From an uncultured Candidatus Saccharibacteria bacterium (lineage in GTDB: Bacteria > Patescibacteriota > Minisyncoccia > Phycocordibacterales > UBA2100): 64,000 nt of DNA. Every line of letters starts with the position of its first letter. Within the stretch, counting starts at the first letter, position 1. The notes under the pieces are model-generated. The model worked only from the letters and a program-made list of their open reading frames with translations. It had not been told where the DNA came from and did no database searches. Positions 54,101-61,893 of the stretch are shown one piece after another. Position numbers and translations under genes: made by a program. The stretch is from the NCBI GenBank assembly GCA_964399865.1, contig CAYNRJ010000001.1, positions 330,050 to 394,049 of the forward strand, written 5' to 3'.

Positions 54101-54430
54101 TCAGGCGGCCACAGGGTGAGAAACTGAGCTAGGCGGATTACCATACCGCCGGCAAAGTTCTTCGTAGACTTGCCCGAAGGTACGACCCGCAAAGAGATCT
54201 TCATCGAGCTCAATCCTTTCACACCCGCGATGACGTTGAACGATGGCCTCGAAGGCCATAAGGAATTGACGCAGTTTCAGCGAATCGACCCGCTCCAACA
54301 TCTCATCGCTAGCTGCCACGACGAGATCGAACTGACGGCCATTTACGATGATCGCGTCGGCCAATCCAGGCTCTCCTTCAGAACGCGCCATCTCTGCAGC
54401 GTCACTTAGAAACTGTGGAAATGTCAGCAC
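54101..54430 (-). CDS. hypothetical protein (high-GC islet)
   Basis: 109-aa ORF in GC-rich DNA with a downstream hairpin at 54049..54077; no domain recognized. Confidence 0.35.
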   Translation of the reverse strand: MLTFPQFLSDAAEMARSEGEPGLADAIIVNGRQFDLVVAASDEMLERVDSLKLRQFLMAFEAIVQRHRGCERIELDEDLFAGRTFGQVYEELCRRYGNPPSSVSHPVAA

Positions 54431-54514
54431 GTCTTTCTCCTTTCCGACTCCAACTACGATACTTTGGGAGTCCTAGAGAGAATCCTATACCCGCGACTCT
54501 GAATAGCTCAAGCC

Positions 54515-54952
54515 CTAGCTGTGCGCGACCGGATATTGCTTTTTCATGTAGTCGTAGCTCTCCGCGATGATCTTTTTAAGCACAGTTACATCGACATCAG
54601 ACAAACGCTTGATGTAAAGGCATGCCTTACTAGTCGAATGTTTCCCAAGTTTTTTGAGGAGCGGGCTGAAATCCTGAAAACCAGTCATAACGTAGAGCGT
54701 GAGATTCGCTTTCCGCGGAGAGAAACCTGCCATTGGCCAATCACCTTCTTGCGCACTTCTTTCTGATTTGTAGTGATACTGATCAAACCCAATAATACTT
54801 GTCCCCCACATCTTTGCCGGCTTACCGGTAATTTCCTTATACATCTTCAAGAGTTCCTTTGAGTCTTTGCGTTTTTGTTCGTCGTCAACAGTGTTGATGA
54901 ATTTGGAGGCACTTGCTGCTGTTTTCTTCGTCTTTATTTCTCCCTTTTTCAT
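54515..54952 (-). CDS. DUF1801 (YdhG-like) domain protein
   Basis: KMWGTSIIGFDQYHYKSERSAQEGDWPMAGFSPRKANLTLY resembles the DUF1801 core (from memory). Confidence 0.45.
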   Translation of the reverse strand: MKKGEIKTKKTAASASKFINTVDDEQKRKDSKELLKMYKEITGKPAKMWGTSIIGFDQYHYKSERSAQEGDWPMAGFSPRKANLTLYVMTGFQDFSPLLKKLGKHSTSKACLYIKRLSDVDVTVLKKIIAESYDYMKKQYPVAHS

Positions 54953-54961
54953 GCACTTCGA

Positions 54962-55720
54962 TTATATCTTAAGAGCTTTTGGATGATGCTTGCTCCATTC
55001 ATACAACACTACCGCAGCGGAAACTGATGCATTGAGGGATTCAGTACGTGAGTGCATCGGAATGCTTAAGCGAATGTCACAATTTTCGAGTGTCTTCTCA
55101 CGAATACCCTCTCCCTCATTTCCGATCACAAATGCAGCAGGAGCATCGAACTTTTCTTTTGATAGTTCATTCGCCCCTTCCATCGCGAGCCCGTATATCC
55201 AAAAACCTCTCTCCTTAAGAGTACGGAGTGTTTGATTTACATTCCCAATTCGAACGATAGGAATGCGGAATACCATCCCAGCGGATGTCTTCACAACTGC
55301 GCCTGATATTTGTGCCTGATTGTTCTGAGGCATAAGGACAGCTCTCGCTCCGAAGCCAGCAGCAGAACGAATGATCGCGCCGACATTTCTTGGGTCTTGA
55401 AGTTCACCTAAGACAACGATCGATGTGTCGGCATCGGGTGTAAAGGAATTGAAGAAATCAGAAAACTCGACAAGAAGTGCACTTGAATCAATAAGGGCGA
55501 CGATTCCCTGATGCGCTATATCCCCTCCTTCTAGACCAGATATGTATTCCAGGACTTTTTGTTTGAGCGGCGAGGTCGGAATCTTACTTTTTGCGATGAG
55601 CGACTTTAACTCCGGCTCAGGGGTGGAAGAAAGAAGTAGTTCCTGCACGGCGTGTGGCGTGTAGCGAAGCGCTTCAGCGACTGCATGCTTGCCGTACACA
55701 TACGTAATTTCTTGTTTCAT
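54962..55720 (-). CDS. TrmH/SpoU-family RNA 2'-O-methyltransferase (RlmB-like)
   Basis: [28 protein letters not shown] and [27 protein letters not shown] motifs. The start is moved to [10 protein letters not shown] because the longer ORF overlaps tRNA-Ser. Confidence 0.8.
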   Translation of the reverse strand: MKQEITYVYGKHAVAEALRYTPHAVQELLLSSTPEPELKSLIAKSKIPTSPLKQKVLEYISGLEGGDIAHQGIVALIDSSALLVEFSDFFNSFTPDADTSIVVLGELQDPRNVGAIIRSAAGFGARAVLMPQNNQAQISGAVVKTSAGMVFRIPIVRIGNVNQTLRTLKERGFWIYGLAMEGANELSKEKFDAPAAFVIGNEGEGIREKTLENCDIRLSIPMHSRTESLNASVSAAVVLYEWSKHHPKALKI

Positions 55721-55748
55721 ACAAAATATCCAAATTTGCTTCTTGAAT

Positions 55749-55836
55749 TGGCGGAGAGGGAGAGATTCGAACTCTCGATACCTTGCGGTATGCCGGTTTT
55801 CGAAACCGGTGCTTTCGACCACTCAGCCACCTCTCC
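55749..55836 (-). tRNA. tRNA-Ser (anticodon CGA), CCA encoded
   Basis: Acceptor GGAGAGG/CCTCTCC, anticodon loop TTCGAAA, long variable arm, 3' GCCA. Confidence 0.85.
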
Positions 55837-55963
55837 TAGAGCTAAAACAGTACCATTTTTTGCGTATTCATCCAAAAAATCGTATGATTTATCCGCTTTG
55901 GCTACTCGCTGCTCTAAAGCTCCTAAACGAGCTCTCGGCGACTAACCACAAGCTGTTTTTTAA

Positions 55964-56035
55964 GGCCCTATCGTCTAACGGTTAGGACACAAGCTTTTCA
56001 AGCTTGGAACCCGGGTTCGATTCCCGGTAGGGTCA
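55964..56035 (+). tRNA. tRNA-Glu (anticodon UUC)
   Basis: Acceptor GGCCCTA/TAGGGTC, anticodon loop TTTTCAA, T-loop TTCGATT. Confidence 0.8.
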
Positions 56036-56050
56036 CAATTTAAGCGACCT

Positions 56051-56326
56051 ATGAAATATAAAACATGGCTAGTGACTTTCTTACGCTGGCTCACCTCTAT
56101 TGTATTTGTGTTTCTCCTCTTTCTCGAGATTGTAGTTATCTACGAATTTACAAACGTAGGAATTCTTGGAAACATCGACGGTTACCCCTGGGGTTGGCAA
56201 GGTGCTGATAACTATGCTTCCCCAAAAGTTTATGCTATTTCAATGATGAAAAACATAATCATTATTTTTGTTGAACTTGTTATCGTTGGATTAATTTGGT
56301 GGCGTTTCTTGAGAAAACGAAACTAG
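56051..56326 (+). CDS. small membrane protein
   Basis: 91-aa ORF with two TM helices. Confidence 0.3.
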   Translation: MKYKTWLVTFLRWLTSIVFVFLLFLEIVVIYEFTNVGILGNIDGYPWGWQGADNYASPKVYAISMMKNIIIIFVELVIVGLIWWRFLRKRN

Positions 56327-56418
56327 TGGGGTGTTTAAAGAAGAATTCACCCCGGCTCTCTGTTCTTCATTATTTATTGATTCAATCCCTCTACAATCCC
56401 TTCAGCTTGATCAATGGG

Positions 56419-58074
56419 TTACTTTTTCTTACCTACTGCGGCTTTAATGAATGCGTTGAAAAGCGGATGAGGGGAAAGCGGACGAGCGCGGAGCTCGGGA
56501 TGGAACTGGGTACCAACCATAAATGGGTGTTCGCTCTTTGGTAATTCTGCTATTTCCATGAGATCTCCGTCCTGCCATGAGCCAGAAAATACGAGGCCTG
56601 CTTTTTCAAGCTGTTTTACGTAATCAGGATTTATTTCGTAGCGGTGACGGTGGCGCTCCGATATCTCGCTCTTTCCGTACGCATCAGCAACAATCGTCCC
56701 CTCTTTGAGAACGCATGGGTACGCGCCAAGGCGCATCGAGCCACCGTAATCTTTGCGGGCCAACTTTTCGCGCTGATCAGGAAGTATATCTATGACAGGG
56801 TATGGAGTCTTCGCGTTAATTTCTGTCGTGTGAGCGCCCTTGAGGCCTGCAACATTGCGTGCGTATTCGATAACAAGCATGTGGAGACCGTAGCAGAGTC
56901 CGAAGTACGGTATTTTGTTCTCGCGTGCATACTGTGCGGCCATTATCTTTCCTTCGATCCCTGACTCACCAAATCCACCTGGAATAATGATGCCGTCATA
57001 TTCACCAAGAGTTTCGACAGATTTCACGCCTTCCTGGATGTCTTTTGCGTTGATCCAAGAAATCTCCGGTTTTACTCCCTGAGTGAACGCAGAGAATTTA
57101 ATTGCTTCAATTACTGAGAGGTATGCATCGGAGAGAATGAAATCCCCTGTATCAAAATACTTCCCAACGATACCAATTTTTACTGTTCCATTTCCATTGT
57201 GGGCATGCTTTGCAAATTTCTCCCACACGGAAAGGTCGGCTTTCGGTGCGTCCTCCTTCCCTAGCGCTTCAAGGAGGATGTCTGACAATTCATCGCGTTC
57301 AAAATTGAGAGGCACATCGTAAATGGAGTCGACATCTGGCGCAGAGATGATGCGATCAGCAGGTACGTTGCACCAGATTGCGAGTTTCTCTTTTCTTTTT
57401 CTATCAAGATGATGCGTTGAGCGAGCGATGATCACATCTGGCTGCACTCCGTATGAGTTCAACATGCGCACAGCATTTTGTGTTGGCTTCGTTTTCATCT
57501 CGCCCAAGGTGCCTGGAACAGGAAGATACGAGACCATGACGAAAACTACGTCCCCGGGATTTAGAAGGTGCATTACACGCGCCGCTTCAATGAAGAGCGC
57601 ATTCTGAAAATCTCCGATGGTACCGCCAATTTCAATTACAGATACGTCTGAACCAGATGCTTCTGCGGCGCGCTTCAATCGATCGGTGATCTCATCACGC
57701 ACGTGAGGCACTGCTTCCACGCACTTCCCTTCATAGCCGAGGTTTCTTTCGCGTTCGATCACGGAGCGATATACCATACCGCTTGTCATGTAATCGTCAG
57801 GACCCAAATCACGATCGAGGAAACGTTCGTAGTTTCCCATGTCCTGATCTGTTTCCAGTCCTGAATCAAGCACGAACACTTCTCCGTGCTCGATCGGATT
57901 CATTGTGCCTGCATCCACATTTAGATATGGATCTACTTTAACGAGATTTACTGAGAGACCGCGCGCAGTGAGAAGTTTACCGATCGAAGCGGTCGCAATG
58001 CCCTTGCCTACGCCGGACATGACTCCGCCAATGACGAAAATATACTTGTGTTCGCCTTTTCGCGCGCGCGCCAT
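56419..58074 (-). CDS. pyrG: CTP synthase
   Basis: N-terminal synthetase domain (YIFVIGGVMSGVGKGI) and C-terminal class-I glutamine amidotransferase (GIIIPGGFG, LCYGLHM). Confidence 0.95.
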   Translation of the reverse strand: MARARKGEHKYIFVIGGVMSGVGKGIATASIGKLLTARGLSVNLVKVDPYLNVDAGTMNPIEHGEVFVLDSGLETDQDMGNYERFLDRDLGPDDYMTSGMVYRSVIERERNLGYEGKCVEAVPHVRDEITDRLKRAAEASGSDVSVIEIGGTIGDFQNALFIEAARVMHLLNPGDVVFVMVSYLPVPGTLGEMKTKPTQNAVRMLNSYGVQPDVIIARSTHHLDRKRKEKLAIWCNVPADRIISAPDVDSIYDVPLNFERDELSDILLEALGKEDAPKADLSVWEKFAKHAHNGNGTVKIGIVGKYFDTGDFILSDAYLSVIEAIKFSAFTQGVKPEISWINAKDIQEGVKSVETLGEYDGIIIPGGFGESGIEGKIMAAQYARENKIPYFGLCYGLHMLVIEYARNVAGLKGAHTTEINAKTPYPVIDILPDQREKLARKDYGGSMRLGAYPCVLKEGTIVADAYGKSEISERHRHRYEINPDYVKQLEKAGLVFSGSWQDGDLMEIAELPKSEHPFMVGTQFHPELRARPLSPHPLFNAFIKAAVGKKK

Positions 58075-58089
58075 ACGGTCTCTACTGTA

Positions 58090-59019
58090 TCACGCCCGCA
58101 GGTACCGTCGAATGGCAAGATAACTGGACAACGCACCGAGAGCTATGCCTGAGCCCATGACTATGAGGAAAAAGAGTAGGAATGAGCCCGTGTAATAGTC
58201 ATAGATGTTGAAAGTGCCAAGGAATCGCTCTGTCGGCCCTCCAAGCCAAATGGTGATCGGATATAGAAGAAGTAGCACCACAAGGCCGCTCACTACACCA
58301 TAGAGCACTCCAGCGACCATAAATGGACCTCTGACGTACCAACGGCCCGCGCCAACAATGTTCATGACTCCGATCTCGTCACGTGCTGTATATATCGCGA
58401 GTCGTATCGTGTTGAACGAGATGAGGACCGAGCAGAGCGCAAGAAGGAACGCTACGACAAACCCTACCCTTTCAGAGGTTTGGATTATATTCGTAAGACG
58501 ATCAATTGCTGTCTTATTTTGCGAGAAGTTAATTTTGTCTATTGCGAGTCCTGCACCCTCCGCTGCTTCCTGCTTACTCGTAAGGAACGTGGCGATCGAT
58601 TCGTACTGACTAGTTTCTTTTGCTCGTACTCCAAGACTCGCGCCGAGTGGATTATCTTCTAGTTCGTCCAGAGCTTGGATAGTGAGGCGATCGTTCTTGT
58701 GACGTTCGTAAAATGCAGCAAGTGCCTCTTCTGCGCTCATATAAGAAACAGACGCTACCTCGGGAAGAGCTTCAAGGGAGGTCCGTATCTCGTCTATGTT
58801 CTCTGCAGTTGCGTCAGGCAAGAAATATACTGTTACATCCACCTTCTCAGTTATTTGAGTGAGAGTGGCACTGAGTGCCGCTCCAAACATGACAACAGCT
58901 GCGAGAACGAAAAGCGTGATCGTCATGATAAGGACCGCGGCAAGCGATACGAAACCGTTTCGAATGAAGCCGATAAGGCCGTACCTTGCTACTCGTTTTG
59001 CATTTAACCAAGAACTCAT
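58090..59019 (-). CDS. ftsX: cell-division ABC permease FtsX
   Basis: 4-TM topology with a large extracytoplasmic loop; lies directly downstream of ftsE. Confidence 0.8.
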   Translation of the reverse strand: MSSWLNAKRVARYGLIGFIRNGFVSLAAVLIMTITLFVLAAVVMFGAALSATLTQITEKVDVTVYFLPDATAENIDEIRTSLEALPEVASVSYMSAEEALAAFYERHKNDRLTIQALDELEDNPLGASLGVRAKETSQYESIATFLTSKQEAAEGAGLAIDKINFSQNKTAIDRLTNIIQTSERVGFVVAFLLALCSVLISFNTIRLAIYTARDEIGVMNIVGAGRWYVRGPFMVAGVLYGVVSGLVVLLLLYPITIWLGGPTERFLGTFNIYDYYTGSFLLFFLIVMGSGIALGALSSYLAIRRYLRA

Positions 59020-59043
59020 ATCAAAAGTATACAGTATTCGTTT

Positions 59044-59724
59044 TTATATTATGTACTTCCCCATCTTGTCGTCACGAACTATTCTTCCTTGATCAAGCGT
59101 CACGACGCGGCGACCAGCAGAATCCACGACACTTTTATTGTGCGTGGCGAGCAGAACGGTTGTTCCGAGGTCATTGATCTTCTTTAGGATCTCTACGACA
59201 TCGTGTGTGTTGATCGGGTCGAGATTTCCCGTTGGTTCGTCGGCAATAAGCACGTCAGGTTGATTCACGATCGCGCGCGCGATCGCAATACGCTGCTGTT
59301 CCCCTCCTGAAAGCTGTGAAGGAAAGCTCCACATCTTGTCTGGAAGTCCTACGAGATCGAGGACGTGCGGGACGTCCGCCTCAATGTCTTCCTCGCTCTT
59401 TCCCGCGACTTCAAGCGCGAAGGCAATGTTCTCGTAGACTGTTTTTGTTGGGAGAAGGCGGAAATCTTGGAAAATTGTGCCTATCTTGCGACGCAATTGG
59501 CGCAGCTCCTGTTTAGAGAGCCCTTTTATCTCGCGGGAATCAAAGTAGACCGACCCTTCGGTCGGCGCGATCTCTGCAAATAGCATCTTGAGGAGCGTGG
59601 ATTTTCCCGCACCGGAGTGACCAACTATCGAAACAAATTCTCCTGGCTCTACTTCTAGCGTAATCTCCGAGACTGATGGAGGATTTCTTCCATATACCTT
59701 TGTTACATTGTCGTAGAAAATCAT
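59044..59724 (-). CDS. ftsE: cell-division ABC ATPase FtsE
   Basis: Walker A GHSGAGKST, ABC signature LSGGEQQR, Walker B VLIADE. Confidence 0.9.
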   Translation of the reverse strand: MIFYDNVTKVYGRNPPSVSEITLEVEPGEFVSIVGHSGAGKSTLLKMLFAEIAPTEGSVYFDSREIKGLSKQELRQLRRKIGTIFQDFRLLPTKTVYENIAFALEVAGKSEEDIEADVPHVLDLVGLPDKMWSFPSQLSGGEQQRIAIARAIVNQPDVLIADEPTGNLDPINTHDVVEILKKINDLGTTVLLATHNKSVVDSAGRRVVTLDQGRIVRDDKMGKYII

Positions 59725-59781
59725 ATAAATAGCTGAAATTCAGCTTTCTAGGCACACAGAAACAGGTGCACGTGGGTTCTA

Positions 59782-60678
59782 TTATACCGCGCTACCAGAA
59801 TCGTCAAAACTTTTCTCCGCATCAATGAACGACTGAATATCCCCTTCAAGTACATTTTCGACATCCCGGCGTTCATGTTCCGTACGGTGATCCTTCACAA
59901 GCTGATATGGATGAAGAGTATATGAACGGATCTGACTTCCCCATTCTATCTTTGTGGATGCACCTGCTGAAAGTCCTCGGGCTTCTTTCTCCTGCGCTTC
60001 TTGTTTTAGTTGGAAGAGTTTTCCGCGGATCATCTCGAGCGCCTTCTCGCGATTCTGCGCCTGAGAGCGTTCACTCGTCACGTGCACAGAAAATCCGGTT
60101 GGTTTGTGTGTCATACGGACTGCCGTGTCGCGTTTGTTTACATTCTGCCCACCCGGTCCACCGGAACGCGCGACCGTAACTTCAATATCGGTGTCAGGAA
60201 TATGCGCATCCCCTACATCGGGGAGTTTCGGCAACACCTCAACAAGAGAAAATGATGTTTGACGTTTGCCAGCGGAATTGAACGGTGACATGCGCACGAG
60301 TCGATGCACGCCCGCTTCACGTTTTAGTGCGCCGTATGCCCCACTTCCGATGACTTCAAACGAAACACTTCTATATCCACTCATACTGTTCTCGTTCCAA
60401 GAAAGAAGTGGTGTCGCCCAGCCGCGTGCTGAAGCGTATTTTTTGTACATCTCAAAAAGAATACGAGAGAAATCCTCCGCATCATCGCCGCCAGCGCCTG
60501 AGATGATGGATATGATCGCGTCACTTTTGTCGTACGCGCCAACGCCTGCAAGTTTTAACTTTAGGTCCTGATATTCCTTGAGAGTAGCCTGCGCTTTGTC
60601 CTTATCATTCCAAAAATCGGCCCCTCCCATTGCGGTTTCAATTTCGGCCATCCGCTTTGCAATCTCCTCCTTTTGCAT
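59782..60678 (-). CDS. prfB: peptide chain release factor 2, N-terminally short form without the +1 frameshift leader
   Basis: SPF and GGQ motifs ([24 protein letters not shown]). The start codon abuts the upstream gene, so there is no room for the ~45-aa frameshift-containing N-terminus. Confidence 0.85.
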   Translation of the reverse strand: MQKEEIAKRMAEIETAMGGADFWNDKDKAQATLKEYQDLKLKLAGVGAYDKSDAIISIISGAGGDDAEDFSRILFEMYKKYASARGWATPLLSWNENSMSGYRSVSFEVIGSGAYGALKREAGVHRLVRMSPFNSAGKRQTSFSLVEVLPKLPDVGDAHIPDTDIEVTVARSGGPGGQNVNKRDTAVRMTHKPTGFSVHVTSERSQAQNREKALEMIRGKLFQLKQEAQEKEARGLSAGASTKIEWGSQIRSYTLHPYQLVKDHRTEHERRDVENVLEGDIQSFIDAEKSFDDSGSAV

Positions 60679-60693
60679 CCCCGGCAGTATAAC

Positions 60694-61614
60694 CTATACG
60701 ACTGATTCGGTCGGTAACTCACGATTGAGGCGCGCGACGCGATACATCGCGTACATAAGTACGAGCACAGCCACGTACTGCGTCCACGCGAGCACTGTCC
60801 CCCACATAAAGTAATCAACGAAAATAGCGGTCGTTGGGAACGCGAGCTCCACGATCGTGGAAACGCTCGCACGTGTGTGCTTGAGACCGCGATAGTAGAT
60901 CCAGAGTGCGACCATGCCGGTGGATAGTGCGATAAGAGCAAGAGTCCCGAGTTGTATCGGAGCAACTTCAGTTAAAGAGGGCGCGGCACCGAGCGCGTAC
61001 ACGAAGACAAGCGCGAGCGGCGCTGTGATGAGAAACCTAAGGCCCGTGATGAATGTATGTGAGTGATTGAGGAGTAGGTACCGCGAGAATGCCGTGGAAG
61101 AACCCCACGCAATCGCGGCAGCTAGTGCAAACAATGCTGCGACAACATACGCACCCCCTTCTCCCATATTCACGATGCCGTACGGGAACGTGACAAAGTA
61201 TCCTGCAAGAAGCGCGAGTGCTGCCCACACAATATAGTGTTTCGTAATTTTCTCTTTCAATAGCACTCGAGCTGCGAGCATGGCGAATATCGGCTGCAAC
61301 TTTTGAATAAGAAAGACAACCGAGAAAGCAATGAAGCCTGTCTTAAGAAGTGCGGTTGTGAAAAAGAGTGTCCCCAAGACTCCCGAAAGAAGTGCGACAA
61401 TCCCCATGACTCCCCACTCCTTTCGCGTCAGTGTTTCTTTCTTCCACGCCTTCCACAAAAATGGCGCGATGATGATGAGTCCAATTAAATGTTCAAGGAA
61501 TACGATCGTGATCGGAGGCAAACCAAACAGTGAGCGGCGGAGAATCCCGTCGAGTGCCCACAGTATTGCTGCAACGAAGATGAGAAACGGACCCGCAGTA
61601 ATAAGTCTTTGCAT
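60694..61614 (-). CDS. EamA/DMT-family transporter
   Basis: 306 aa, 10 TM helices in two EamA-like halves. Confidence 0.65.
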   Translation of the reverse strand: MQRLITAGPFLIFVAAILWALDGILRRSLFGLPPITIVFLEHLIGLIIIAPFLWKAWKKETLTRKEWGVMGIVALLSGVLGTLFFTTALLKTGFIAFSVVFLIQKLQPIFAMLAARVLLKEKITKHYIVWAALALLAGYFVTFPYGIVNMGEGGAYVVAALFALAAAIAWGSSTAFSRYLLLNHSHTFITGLRFLITAPLALVFVYALGAAPSLTEVAPIQLGTLALIALSTGMVALWIYYRGLKHTRASVSTIVELAFPTTAIFVDYFMWGTVLAWTQYVAVLVLMYAMYRVARLNRELPTESVV

Positions 61615-61893
61615 ACAGATAGTAATTAAATAGTAAAAAAATAAACCCCGCTTCTTCGGGGGTTAAGACAGCGCCGCAACGAAGCAGCTCTGTTTTTCCT
61701 TCTTTCATCCCGACTGTACGGTCGGCACTGGAATTAAACCAGTTCATGCATTCGCTTTCGCGAGTGCTCGTGGGCTATACCACCGGTCATGACTTACACA
61801 AAACCCCGAAGGAACAGGGATAGTATACCTCCGTTTACACTGCGAGCCACACCGGACTTCAGGACTGACGGGGCGCAGTGTAAACGTTGAGAA

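Noticed and set aside
55721-55822. N-terminal extension of the TrmH-family ORF to 55822
   Set aside because: It would overlap tRNA-Ser(CGA) at 55749..55836 on the same strand. The internal Met start ([14 protein letters not shown]) matches the usual SpoU N-terminus.
59782-60760. Programmed +1 frameshift site in prfB
   Set aside because: No upstream in-frame or +1 ORF segment exists because the EamA gene stop is 15 nt away. The gene is simply N-terminally short.
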